The position numbers and the translations under genes are program-made. From the NCBI GenBank assembly GCA_951406725.2, contig OX597818.1, positions 108,376,001 to 108,440,000 of the forward strand: a stretch of 64,000 nucleotides of DNA. Reading direction: 5' to 3'. The notes under the pieces were generated by a model. That model saw only the letters and a list, made by a program, of their open reading frames with translations. It was not told where the DNA came from and ran no database searches. Below, one piece after another: positions 25,359 to 38,774 of the stretch. Positions within the stretch are counted from its first letter, which is position 1. The number at the start of each line of letters is the position of its first letter. This DNA comes from Octopus vulgaris (Eukaryota).

Positions 25359-26663
25359 ACATTTGTACTTTTTCACTGTTCGTCACACATCAAACTAATA
25401 ACAGCTCTAATTTTCACTTTGTTTTCTATATTCTTACTTTTGCACATATAAATGTGTGTGTGTGTGTATACATACAAGTATGTATATGTGCATGCACACA
25501 TAGTTGTATGTGTGCATGTATGTGTGCATCTGTGTGTCTGTGAATGCATGTGTGTGCATGCATGTATGTGTTTGGGTGGTGGGGTAAGGTAGGGTGGGGT
25601 GCATGTCAGTCTGTGTGTTTGTATGTTTTCTGAGAGGAAAGGATTAGAAGAAACATCAAAGTAGTGGAATGGAAAAAACTTCAAAAAGAAAAAAAGAAAT
25701 TGTTTAAATATACAATGCATAAAGATTATCTAATTACAATTAATAGCCCAGATTTATTTTAAAATCCTTTAGAATTTGATCTCAACAAAGGAAATAAAGA
25801 CGAATTATATGTTATTTTCTAAATATAAACATAATTATTGAAAATAATAAAATTGAATGCAAATTATTTGATAAATGTGTATCCATTGTCTTTAAGAGAA
25901 CTGGAGTTCCTTTCTAGTGCAGCGACATTCTTTCTGAAATATTTCATGCTTCAATTGAAACAAAATTGCGTAGACTGGTTTGAAAATCATAGGAAAATAT
26001 CAAAGATTCTAAATATAATGGGACAATCTTGATTGCTGTATTAGATTAATATCCAGTCATTAGACATGTTACCAAATTTGAATGACTTAAGATATTCATA
26101 ATTTCCTTTGTCTGGGCATATGTACAACTTTGTTGGGGAGACGGGGAAGTCATTTGAATCTTTGATAGACTTCTCGTTGGTGAGTTGTTAAAGGAGCTTA
26201 AATAAAATATTTGTTCTGATTTATAGGATTCAATTGATAAAAAAATGTTGTTTATTGCTGTAAAAACATCCTTTAATGATTCTGATTGCTGTTTAACCAT
26301 TCAAGAATATAAGAATAAGATTTTCCAGATATTCAAAATGTTGTATTCTTATAGAAAGGGAAAATGTTGCCATTATGTTCTCTTTTGAGAATAATGTCAT
26401 CACTATTCCATCATTTTTTTTTTATCTGAGTTTGTTTTGCTTCCATGGGTTGGACAGGAATTCCTGAGGCAGTATTCTGCAGACAGATGCCTCTCTCAGC
26501 CTAATCCTTACTTGTAGTCGAGTAAGATGCTTTATTCCAATGGTTTATACAGAAGGAACCGACAAATAAGACGTAGCGCTTATGGGGTACAGAAGCAGCA
26601 GACGTCACCATTTGCTAAAGCAGTGTTAAAGCAGACCAATGTAAAGATATGATGTGCAAACTA

Positions 26664-26695
<32 letters not shown>

Positions 26696-27689
26696 ACACA
26701 TCTTGGTGGCTGTAATCACTTGAGGGAAGAATCAGCACATTTTAATTACTCTTCCTTTGAACCACCATTTACCTCTTCTCCTTGGAACCATTTCCATTCC
26801 TTTATCTCCTTTTACCCTCCAGTCTTCCCCCACTCCCTTCACACAAATCACTTCCTGTCAGTTTCTTCAGTTCCACCTCCCCTTCTCTCTCCCTCTTTCT
26901 CTCCCTCTCTCTCATTCTCTCTTTCTCATTCTCTCCTTCATTTTAACACTTCACATATCTGCTATCTTTTCCAGTAGCTTCTTATGTTTGTCATCACCCC
27001 CACCCCCACCCCGATCTCTGCAGCCACCTTCATCTACCCTGACACCACTCTTCTTGCCATACCTACACCTTACCTATCGTCCCTCTCACCTCCTCATCTA
27101 CCCTTCCAGAGCCATTTCTGTCTCTCTCACCTCACCCCTCATCAATACTGACATTTCCCATCACCCACACCTCCACCCTTACCCTCATCTCCGACCATCT
27201 CTTACTCTCTCCTCCCATGACCCTCCCTGACCGTATCCCCCCTTATGCTCATCTTCTTCTACCTTGACTGTTTGCTTTGGCACTTCCATCACTGCCTTTC
27301 TTTAACCCCTTCTGAACTAGCCCCAGCCACTATTTTCTTTAGTCATTTGCATGGGGATCGCTTAAAAGCTTTAAGCTTATAAAATACTATATATATATAT
27401 ATATATCTTATACATACATAAAATATACATATATACATATATGCATGTGTGTGTGCACGTATCTGTGTATACATTTACACTGCTCCCGTATATGGGCATA
27501 GAAGAGCCAAAGTGTTAGTCTGCTTTGCAGCCTTGTTGGGTTTGTATAGAAACAAGATGCAGTCGAATGCCAAAAAGATTACAATCAGAATCCACAGGAT
27601 GCAAGAGTATGGCTGTGCTGGAGTCACAATCCAGGCATCATGTAAGAATCCAGAGTAACGCTGCATAATTTCACATGTGAATTACTTAG

Positions 27690-28270
27690 ATGGCAATACT
27701 GTGCAGATGATAGCGTGGTTTGGATTCTGAGAACATTCAGAACAAAGGAAAAAGGAGACAATGTTGATCCCAAGGACAATATTTGCTTGCAGTCAGTTAG
27801 GTTTCTGCTTCTAATCATGGTTAGCATACAAGAATGCGAAACTAACAGCAAACTAATAGCTCACAGTAATGAAATATTGTTACACGGAATAGACTGGCTC
27901 GGTGCAACAGATGGAAAACTGGGAGAAGCTAAAAGAAGTGAGGTTCTAATTCTTTGATGGAAGATGTAAAAAATAGGCAGTAATATATATGGAATATCCT
28001 GGACAGTCTAGTGCCAAACTTTGGGATTGAAAGCTATACTTATCCTTGAACTAGATGCCATTCTATAGATGCCATTCTAAAGATCCCACCTTCTCTGTTT
28101 AGAGTGGGAATCTAATACTGGAACTGTTTCGATTTTCAAGGGCCCACAACATTTCAGTGTCTTGCCCAGAAACACAAAGATCCATGAGATGTAGATGGGA
28201 ACACATTTAAAAAATACGTTGATAGGTTTTTATCTGAGATGTCAGAGGAGTCTAGAATGATAGCAAGAAA
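27690..28270 (+). pseudogene. CR1/L2-like LINE ORF2 C-terminal remnant
   Basis: NWEKLKEVR, then frameshifted AVIYI/WNILDSLVPNFGIESYT, and TFKKYVDRFLSEM. Confidence 0.6.
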
Positions 28271-29820
28271 CGAGAACGAGGTGGGGTTGCACTGCCCAAT
28301 TCCTTCTTTCACCAAAACCAAACACACAAAGAAGGCCATCGAAATGAAATGGAATAAAATAAACATTAACACCAATAATGGTGCCCTAGCATGGCCACAG
28401 CCTCAGGCTGAAGCAAGTAAAAGCTATACATACTCACAAACACAGACAGATCTACTGGAACCCTCATTGTCATAACAGATGGAATGCCAGCATTACTACG
28501 CCTGCTATGTTGATGTAGGCAAACCTGATGAATGCAAAGGAGCATCTATTGGGATTCAACCCCTGCCCCTGTCCTCACACTCTGAACAGACACCTGTCAA
28601 TAGGTGAATTAGTTACAGTTTAATGTATTCAAATATCTTGATAAAGAGATACTTAAATGGAAATAGTTTTCTTTTGCTAAGATTTTTGCTTTTTATAAAT
28701 TATTTTCTAATTTATTGCATTTTATACAAAATGTTAAAATTAATTTCTTTTGACAGGGTTCAAGGCCAACTTTTATAGAAAAGGGTTATATTTAATCCCA
28801 GCCCAATAAATATTTATTTTATTGACTGAAGAGGATTAAAACAGGGAAATCAACTTCAGTAAAATTTGAAATTAAAATCTAATGAGATGGAATTGAATAT
28901 TTTTTCTGTCAATTTGTCACCTTCGCAAATGATAAAATTGATCTTTTCATTTCAATTCAATTTAATTCATTTGTATTAATTACCTTACTTCCTATGTTAA
29001 CAAGCTAATAAACTATACAACACTTTTAATCTTAATCCCTTTTCTACATTTGGATATAAAACTTAAAAAACACCATGCATTATTTTCAATGATTTTTAGA
29101 CTGGTTGAGTGAAAGCCGAGGTAGATTTGACTGTTATTTCTAGCACATGTATAATTTACTCTACATGTCAAAATATGCAGAGTTGTTCTCAACAGAGATA
29201 TTGTATGTTTGGATCTCTAAGAATCACTGCAGATATTTGACTGACAACCTGTGGGCCATAGGTTTGTTTAAGAGGCTTCACATGAGCGATCATCAGATTC
29301 ACAAACACAACTTAATACCATCTTACAGAACAGAAATTACAATGTTTAGCTTCTATCAAACATAAATGTGTGAAAACATGAAATCATATACTAGATATTT
29401 CATAGATATTGGAAACTTAATCCAGATCCTGTCTAGGCTATAATAAAGTGTACATAAATGCTTATAATAAAGTGTACAGACATCCATTTAATACATTTAC
29501 AATAATCCCATATATATTGATAGTTTGAATATTGTTATGGTTAATATATTTATAATGCAGCAAGTTCATTTTTCACTAATAGCATTGCCCTTAATTGAAG
29601 TTATTTTTAGTAAATAGTAATGTCTTTTCAAAATATTTGCCTATTTAAAAAAAAAACCATATTAAAATAATACTCTGATAAATAATTAGATTATTGCAAA
29701 TGGGAATAAAATTTAAGATTGTTTACTGGTATTAACATATATATTTTTGCCTAGTCTTGTACTGCAGTCTTCAAGTTGAGAGCAGACTGAGTCAAAGAAA
29801 TTCACAATGTCACTAATGCA

Positions 29821-29850
29821 TTCATCATCATCATCATCATCATCATCATA

Positions 29851-29897
<47 letters not shown>

Positions 29898-29925
29898 CCA
29901 CCACCATCACCATCATCACCATCAC

Positions 29926-29970
<45 letters not shown>

Positions 29971-29990
29971 ACATCATCATCATCATCATT
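29821..29990. repeat. (CAT)n microsatellite, expanded tail of a minus-strand family-C copy (to about 30180)
   Basis: Directly visible. Confidence 0.9.
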
Positions 29991-32272
29991 TCGCGTTCGT
30001 TTTCCATGCTGGTATAGCTTGGACGGTTTGAGAGGGGCTGGCCAGCCAACAAGCTGCACCAGGCACCAGTCACCTGCTTTGGCATGTTTTCTGCAACTGG
30101 ATGCCCCCCCCTAATGCCAACCACTTTACAGAGTATCCTGGCTGCTCTCTACATGGCACCAACGCTAGTGCTTAATGTCGAAGTGAGGTCATCATTTACA
30201 GATGTAGGCTTCTCTTTTCTGCCCCAAAGACTGCAAACAGAATGAAAGTTCCAACGTTTAGAACACTATTAACAGGAGTAAGGCCCCCAACAGTTCTGTA
30301 TGAATTTATTTTATTTAGGATTTGCCAATATGCAAATGTTGTAAAGCGGCAAGCTGGCAGAAACGTTAGCACACCGGGTGGAATGCTTAGCAGTATTTCG
30401 TCTGTCTTTACATTCTGAGTCCAAATTCGGGGGTTGACTTTGCCTTTCATCCTTTTGGGGTCAATAAATTAAGTACCAGTTGTGTACTAGGGTCGATCTA
30501 ATCGACTGGTCCCCTCCCCAAAAATTTCGGGCCTTGTGCCTAGAGTAGAAAAGAATATTAATCAAATGTTCCGAAGTGACCAAATAAATCTGAAAGAATT
30601 TCCTCTAAATTTCTCAGGTTCTTTTTCTTTTACCTTTTATGCTTAACTTGTTTCACTCACATACACACACTTACATACCCACACACACACATTCACACAC
30701 ACTCACAGATACATACACACAAACACACATACACACGCACATAATGAAATTCTTTTTCCATCTGCCAAATCCACACACAAGGCTTTGGTCAGCCTGGGGT
30801 CATAGTAGAAAACGGTCATCAAAGATTCTACACAGTGGGATTGAACCTGGAACCATGTGGTTGGGAAGCAAGCTTTTTACCACACTGCCACACCTTGATA
30901 GATTCTTTTGAAGAAGCAAGGTAAAAAGCAAGAATTTGGCTGATCTTCTTTACCATTTTAACCTCTTGGTGAACGTAAAACACCCCAGGCTTATTAACCC
31001 TTCTACCAGCCTCATCCAGTGTTTGTGTGTTTACGTTCCAAACATCCTTTGTCAGCTCCATATTTTTGAAGCTATATTCAACTTGGTATGTCACCCTTAT
31101 TTACATGTAATTTGATATTATTTGTCCTGTATTCACTATCAAGAGAGTAACACCCTAACCCTTATCAGAGCCTTTGAGACCTATGTCTCTTTAGTGTCAG
31201 CTGACCCTAGAGGCCTCAGTCCTAATCATTTGAAAATTGTAAAACAGGATCTCAATCCCACGTCTGAATTAAGCATTAGTCATCAGCTAACAGCAGTTGG
31301 TCACCTGCACTTCATAGGATTCTTAAGATTACATCAGGTGTTCAGCAACAGTACCATTCCTGATAATACTTCACTGACACTTCACTTGCAAAAGTTTTCT
31401 CTATCTCACAATGGTGCACAATTCTTCTTTAGAACTGACCTTTTCTGGTCATTCAACCTAAATCCTAGTGAAACCAATAGGAAATAAAAAATAAATAAAA
31501 TAATGGTAATTGTTATACTCTTCAGACTTTTGAAGTTTTTCCAAATATCATTTGTCCTATGTTAGGAAACACCAACTTCCAAGTAATTTATTGGTAACAT
31601 CAGTCAAAGATTACTTTTTCACTACATTTACCTTGATGCTTTATTAATTACCAGACCATCCAAGGACAAACATAAAGAATATCTTCAATCATTTTCTCAA
31701 AGACTCACCAAAAGTTAATCAAGAATGCCAACAACTTTGTGTCTGGAAGAACTCAACTGATTCACAAGAATCAAAGCGACTGTCTACCTTATTATTCATC
31801 CCAGAAGTCTTTGTGAGTTATGGATGTATTGGACATGGCCTTTCAAGCTTTAACCAATAATTAGCAGATGATGGTGTATGCCAACCATTTTCTTACTGTA
31901 CAGACTACAAATTTCTTATTTACACCCTGTAATGCAGACGTGACAGTCATTTACCAAGAAAGCTTTGTTGCCTTTACTACATCTCTCAGTATTCCACAAA
32001 CATTTGCCATATCAAACAAATTGATAACACTGCTGCTGACACACGCATTTAAATGTCTGACACACATCTATCTTCATTGATCTTGGGGTTACACTTGATC
32101 AAGAGTAACATAACCTTCATGACTCCAACATTTTCCCTTGTCTTCTAACCTTTCATCTTGTGCCTTTTCTTTCTCCAACAGGACATATAAGATGTGACAT
32201 TTCTACTGGTCATAAATACCCTTGTATATCTCAGAACACCCTTATATACTGCAAAGGTATCAATCTCACATA

Positions 32273-32506
32273 AGGCAGCGAGCTGGCAGAACTGTTAGCA
32301 CGCCAGGTGAAATGCTTTGCGGTATTTCGTCTGCCGCTATGTTCAGAGTTCAAATTCTGGCCTAGGTTGACTTTGCCTTTCATCCTTTCGGGGTTGATAA
32401 ATTAAGTACCAGTTACGCACTGGGGTCGATGTAATCGACTTAATCTGTTTGTCTGTCCTTGTTTGTCTCCTCTGTGTTTAGCCCCTTGTGGGTAGAAAAG
32501 AAATAG
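32273..32506 (+). mobile_element. SINE family B inserted into the Gypsy remnant
   Basis: Full copy flanked by the imperfect TSD aggtatcaatctcaca / aggtaccatctcaca. Confidence 0.9.
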
Positions 32507-33349
32507 GTACCATCTCACAGTTTCACTGCATTTCATTGTTTGTCATACTACGGCACCAACTTGACACCAAAGTTGAAATCAGCTCACATTCTTTGGATTG
32601 GTATCAACAGAAGCCAGTAACTGCATCAACTCACCAATTGACGCTTTCTAATAACTGATCCTTGTGTCAACCATTTACATATCGATATTGCAGGACCACT
32701 GACTTCTTCTTACGCCTACTTACTGATTTGTATCGACCAATTTTCCAGATGACCGGAACACAGTGGAATCAGTTGCCAAGCCTTTCATGCATCAGTGGAT
32801 TTCTTGGCATGGCATGTTTGTCATCATACGCATGATTCAACAGACATGTTAGTTCAAATCCAAACTTTTCACTGAAATGACTCATCTCAGGGTTGGGTGG
32901 GGGTTACACTACCCCTTTGCTATCTTGCAACAAATGATATAATTTGGATGTTTGCACTGGAAGTTGAAGTCAACTCTGAAGGTTTACTCTGATAACAATA
33001 ATTGGGTGTTCTCTTGCGTATACACTTCACTGTTAAGAAAGGGCATTTGATGTACATCAGCTAAGCTAGTTTATGGTAATATTCTGGTGTTAACAGATCA
33101 GATAGAGGTACCACTTTCCTATCAGGATATCTCAACACTGACAAACTATGTATATTGTTTGATTCCAGCCAATCCTCACCCATGTGCTGGTCTATATCTA
33201 CCCATGACTAAATGTCTACCCAAGAAATCCTATTTAGGTAGCACAACAAAGTGCATCATTGGACTCCAGAACAGTTTATATTTGATGGAAAAAGAAATAT
33301 ATGGGCCAAAAGTAGTAGAATCAGACTCATTTTCATAATTAGTACATCA

Positions 33350-33715
33350 ACATCAAAATCAAAATCAAATGGAAATTGTAGTTGTGATCCCCGTGCCAGT
33401 GGCACATAAAAGGCACCATCTGAACGTGGATGATGCCAGTGCTATTTTATTTTGACTGGCTTCCATGCTGGTGGCACGTAAAAAGCACCACCTGATCGTG
33501 GTCGATGCTAGCTCTTCTGGCCCCTGTGCCAGTGGCACGTAAAAAACACCCACTACACTCTCGGAGTGGTTGGCATTAGGAAGGGCATCAAGCTGTAGAA
33601 ACACTGCCAGATCAGACTGGAGCCTGGTGCAGCCCCCTGGTTTCCCAGACCCCAGTTGAACCATCTAATCTATGCCAGCATGGAAAACGGACGTTAAACG
33701 ATGCTGTTGTTGTTG
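33350..33715 (+). mobile_element. Family C RTE-tail repeat within the Gypsy remnant
   Basis: Modules, core and (GAT)n tail extending to about 33795. Confidence 0.8.
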
Positions 33716-33724
33716 ATGATGATG

Positions 33725-33757
<33 letters not shown>

Positions 33758-35869
33758 GTGATGGTGATGGTGATGGTGGTGAGGATGATGATGACTTGAA
33801 TCAACATCAGGCTTGTTCAGTTCCATCAATTTATCTTTCTGTCACTATTTCTAATTCCTTCCCATCTTTACCAGTTGTCAAAACAATGTCTGGACATTGT
33901 GTCCATTAAAGGTGCTCATTGCATGCCAGTTCTTACTTAAGACATCATCTATACCCTGACCAATGGGGCATAACTTTCAACACACCAATATCCAATGGTC
34001 AGTCCTGTGGACTAACCTTCTGGAATGGTACTAATGTAGCAGACATAACAGTGAACACTTAAGAGTGTTATGTGATTGGTTATTTCCAGCCAATCAGACA
34101 GTTTCCTTTTTGGCTTCAACTGTTCTTTCATACTGGTCATTTGAGCTGACTGGCCATTATAAAAGTCAATACTTTTTGCTAATAACCAGAGAATATTAAT
34201 AATATCTACACCAGTCTCCATCATTCAGGGCAGAATGCTGTCAGATACACTGACATTAACAAAAACACACACATTAAGATATATAAAAAGAGTATATTTT
34301 TCATACTTGCTGACATTCACATAAATTATGAAAGAATATATATTTTTTATACTTATTAATACCGACACATTATGACAACTCACTCAGACCATTTTATGCT
34401 CACATCAATTGAAGTATGAAATATTGTCTAGAATTTTTCCTCAATTATTTCATGTTAATTGTCTCATGAACAGTTGTATTCATATGAACTCTGTCACATT
34501 CTTGTGAATATGAACTATGCCTCGTACAGATATTATTTCTAGGATATTTTGCTGTTAAATGTCATAAACCAAAATTTTGGTATATTTTCAGCACTCAGCA
34601 CTACAGTCAGTTCCTGTGTGAACTATTTTTGTTCGGTAGTATATTATGTACCATCTCTTTTAGAAATTCTTCTTCAGTTGGATTCACTGTGGTCTTCTAT
34701 ATTCTTTGCAATAGAATTAATTGACTCTTAATGCTTGGCTTGTTTTTATTACTATCTCTTCTAATCTCTGAAATTATCACCTTTCATTTATGTAACAATT
34801 GGTGACTTATTCACGTTACAGGGCACATGAAAAAACTAAAATGGCCATCTCGTTTGTTTTTAACACTCTTCATCTAAATAAACCAACACATTTGTAGGCA
34901 ATGTAATTTCTCAAGTATGAGCTTCATTATTCTTTAGTCTGTTCCTAACATTTCTTTATCATTGGTAAATTAGAAAAAGAATAATGACAAAAGCAACAAA
35001 ATCATTAATAAATTGAAAATAATAACATTGTAGCCCTCAATGTTTTGTCCTTAATGTATATTCATTGTTGGTAAGTGATGGACGTGCTGTGATAAACTTG
35101 CAACAAATAATGGAGGGAGAAGAAAAATTATCCCAGCAGCAACCAGCAAGAACACCAGATGCATTTCAACCTTTTTGGACTTTGTCAACGATGCGAACTC
35201 TCAACCAGTCACATGTCTGAATGCAAATTTGTCACAACATTCCTGATTATTTTGGCAAACAAATTTTGAATGAATTTAATTTAATTTAATGTTGCATTAT
35301 AATTATGCAATTATACAGGTGGGGATGTTTGTTTATTAGCGAAACAGCTGTTGAGTACAATCGAGCAATTTGTGAATTCCTCATACATTAGGTATGATAC
35401 AAAGATGGCTATCTTAATTTAAAACCTCCTTAACTGCATATGCACAGTTTTTTCAACAGTGGTGAGTGGTTACTCACAACACCAGTGAATGCTTTACTCA
35501 CTGCTTCTTATGTCAGAAGCAATGAATTCTCATCCAGACATTTAACTGGCTGCAAATACAGGACATTGACAAAGATCAAAAGGTCTCAAATACATTCTGG
35601 CTGAGTTTTAGTCTTCCTCAATATTTATTCTGTTTTTGACTCAGTACATTGATAAGAGATATTATCTCAGGACAAATACCACAGAAATTGGCCTATTAAT
35701 ATTCTCTCTTCATTGCTTTCTGTATTCACAGGTCTTCTGCATTCAGGCTCCATTTTCCACATCCATTCAGCATCACAGTTCATACACAACCACCACACAA
35801 TCCACCTTTCGCTCTGAGAGAGATAGAGAAAGAGAGAGGGAGAGAGAGGGAGAGAGAGAGACAAACCAT

Positions 35870-36282
35870 TTGTTGCCAGCGTATGTAGTTTCTATTCTTT
35901 GCCCATCCACCTTCACTGTTAATTCAGTCAGGGAGATCAAAAAAACTCTTGACCATTTCCTGGTTATCTTCTGGACATTTCAAAGAATCTATTTCCTGTG
36001 TAACTCTCTCAGAGCTTATTTTCACTGTTGCATCCATTACATACAAACCTGCTTTCCCTGCTTCACTGCCTGCGATTCCACCACACCTCTTGTTCATGCA
36101 GACTTCAAAGGGAATGCAATGCAACGCTTTTCTTCTTAACCATTGTTTTCTCACTAAGCAATATGGTTTCTCTGGTGGTAGAAGATTCCTGTCTGATTTT
36201 ATTCTCGTTAATACTATGACTTTGCTAATGCTGGGATTTCTTGCATATAGGTTTTGCTTCCATGTATGGAATTTCCTCTCTA
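35870..36282 (-). pseudogene. Possible Tc1/mariner-superfamily transposase remnant
   Basis: ERKFHTWKQNLYA and GIAGSEAGKAGLYVMDATVKISSE loosely resemble DDE-domain segments; catalytic residues not seen. Confidence 0.35.
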
Positions 36283-36633
36283 CAACTTGGTATGTCACCC
36301 TTCTTTACATGTAATTTGATATTATTTGTCCTGTATTCACTATCAAGAGAGTAACACCCTAACCCTTATCAGAGCCTTTGAGACCTATGTCTCTTTAGTG
36401 TCAGCTGACCCTAGAGGCCTCAGTCCTAATCATTTGAAAATTGTAAAACAGGATCTCAATCCCACGTCTGAATTAAGCATTAATCATCAGCTAACAGAAG
36501 CTGGTCCCCAACACTTCATAGGATTCTTAAGATTACATCAGGTGTTCAGCAACAGTACCATTCCTGATAATACTTCACTGACACTTCACTTGCAAAAGTT
36601 TTCTCTATCTCACAATGGTGCACAATTCTTCTT
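36283..36633 (+). repeat. 351-bp direct duplicate of 31079-31429 (Gypsy RT fragment)
   Basis: About 7 mismatches by eye, offset 5204 bp. Confidence 0.95.
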
Positions 36634-36704
36634 GTAAAACAGGATCTCAATCACAAGCATATAACAGCTACCACAAACAGCCAGTCTTAAACAGCCCTGT
36701 TATT

Positions 36705-36850
36705 TACATTATTTACATTTGACGAATATTTGTCCTCATCTTGTTTGTTGTTAACACAACGTTTCAGCTGATATACCCTCCAGCCTTCATTAGGTGTCTT
36801 GAGGAAATTTTGAACCTGGATTCTCATTCCTAAGGTAATTTTCAATGTTG

Positions 36851-36925
<75 letters not shown>

Positions 36926-37150
36926 TCAGGTCACTGCCTGGAATCGAACTGAGAATCTTGGGGTTAGTAGCCCATGCTCTTAACCACTATGCCATATGCC
37001 CAGGTTCGAAATTTCCTCAAGACACCTGATGAAAGCTGAAGGATAGGTATATCAACCAAAACATTGTGTTAATAACAAACAAGATGAGGACAAATATCTG
37101 TCAAATGTAAATAATGTACATAATTCCTCATCTCTTAAATATAGAACTGT
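36705..37150 (-). mobile_element. tRNA-headed, hammerhead-bearing element with inverted arms
   Basis: Arms 36705-36819 and 37000-37118; tRNA-like head 37001 to 36925; (AAT)n spacer; hammerhead motif in each arm. Confidence 0.75.
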
Positions 37151-37349
37151 ATGACCCCTATTACTGCCTAAAGGATAATAATAGATAAAATTATGGGTAT
37201 GAGAAGTTCTTTTGGCCCCCTACCTACAAGTTAAATTCCTCACTGTACTCATCGTTGGTTCTCATTTTGTTGACTGTACCTCCATACATAATCTGAACGG
37301 CTCACACAAGCTATTTGTCTGCCCCAAAGTCCCTAAGTAACCACCAAAT

Positions 37350-37700
37350 CACGTAGGGAGATCCTGTGTCAAAGCCTTCTCCAGAATGAATGCTAACGAA
37401 ACAGAGCAGGCTTCTCCAAGGTAACTCCTTCCTCTGCAGTTGTCATGCAAGGAAGATGACATCAGCAGTGTGCTTCCTGCTACGCGGTTGAAATTATATC
37501 TCACAAGCATAATTCTCATTCTGATTAACTGAAGTACAACCCTTTCTTTAATTTTCATAAAATGATTCAATAAATTTAATACTTCTACAGTTTCCTCCTT
37601 CTTCTCAAGCATCTCTTTTGCCCCTGAAGCAGTTGACAATGTTTATCTGCCTGTTATTGGGAATAGAACATTCCTGTGATGCCTGATTGACAGGGCAGGG
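37350..37700 (-). pseudogene. RTE LINE RT remnant
   Basis: LLNHFMKIKERVVLQLIRMRI, DVIFLA*QLQ and a LEKAFD-like motif. Confidence 0.6.
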
Positions 37701-38715
37701 GGGGGGGGTTATCCTCATCTCTATTCCACCAAAGTATCTCAGAAGTAATTCCTGATGGAATATGTGCTTTCACTGCCTAAATTGCTCTATCATACTGCTG
37801 ACAACTGTTTGGTTCCTCTGAAAAATTCTATGCTGAGAAGATTCCCTTTTTACTGATGCATTCCTTTCATTCAACAGCACTTTGATATTTCTTTCTTCTT
37901 GATATCAGTCAACCGTGACTATGGTAAGCATGTTGTTATCCTTTCAGTGGCACATGTGCCATTATCACTCCACACACACACACACACACAAACTTCTCTC
38001 CAGTGATATCTCAATAGTCACTGGTACACTGGGTTCAAATTTCATTGAAAAATCTTTGATTAACTGGAATCCATTAGAAAACACTTTCCAAGATGCCAAA
38101 GTGGGAATTACAGACTTCGTGGCTGAGAAGCGAACTTAACCATTCTGCTCTGTCCACACCTTGTGCTGTTATCTTTTTGTGGGTTATTGTATTAAAGCAG
38201 CTCATCTTTGATGCCAAATATTTATTGTTTGTCTCTAAACAATGACTTCTTTCCTATTGGCAGGGGAAGATGATTATAAGAATGACAAATTGTTCCTCTC
38301 AAAACAGAAACATCTTTTCAGAAATGAAAAGTAATTTTTCTTTCCTTTTCTTTTTAAAAAATAATCCTTTCCCAGCAATTTCTCATGCAATTCTTATTGT
38401 TGCTGTTGTTCTTGCAGTCAATTTTCTCTGTTGATGCTGCTGTTATTGCTGTCGTCATTGTCGTCATCAGTAGTGCTGGCAGTGGTCGCTATGGCAGCGG
38501 TGGTGGTGGTGGTGATTATATCGCTGTTGTTTTTAAGACTTTTTTTTTTAAATATATAAATATATAAAATGCAAATCCAAACACTTGAAAGAAAATAAAA
38601 ATTGCAACTTTTCTTAGAGTTTTATTGCCATTTGTTTTCTTTTTTTCCTTTTTTTTCTTTTGTTTTCATTTGAATAATTTCTTTTATTTTGTATTATTTT
38701 GATATCTTTACTTAC

Positions 38716-38774
38716 CTTTTGTTTATTATTCTTTTCACCTAAAGAAAATACATCCATCTCTGTGAGGTCCACCA
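38716..38774 (-). other. Candidate 59-bp internal exon
   Basis: tctttttacag|TGGTGGAC...CAAAAG|gtaagt in unique sequence; single open frame VDLTEMDVFSLGEKNNKQK. Confidence 0.35.

Larger units (their letters stand above)
30935..34035 (+). mobile_element. Highly decayed Ty3/Gypsy pol (PR-RT-RNaseH-IN), CsRN1/Kabuki-like
   Basis: Collinear remnants: ADLLYHFNLLVNVKHPRLI (PR end), STIPD..LHLQKFS..GAQFFFRTDL, YIYLDALLI (YxDD site), DSHLPRKL..YISQYSTNICHIK, CDISTGH, HLHIDIAGPL..YLLICIDQFSR*PE, and KTMSGHCVH near 33890. Integrase after RNase H is Gypsy order. Confidence 0.85.

Noticed and set aside
26046-26300. 84-aa minus-strand ORF in unique AT-rich DNA
   Set aside because: No recognisable motif or convincing splice context; length is compatible with chance.
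31122-31487. Duplicated 121/103-aa ORF as a novel gene pair
   Set aside because: It is decayed Gypsy RT sequence copied locally.
35319-35391. Plus-strand exon candidate GGDVCLLAKQLLSTIEQFVNSSYIR
   Set aside because: Plausible splice sites, but isolated among transposon debris with no partner exons or recognised homology.
36925-37001. Functional tRNA gene (also 57185-57260 and other SINE heads)
   Set aside because: A and B boxes are present but the acceptor stem does not close, and each continues into a repeat body.
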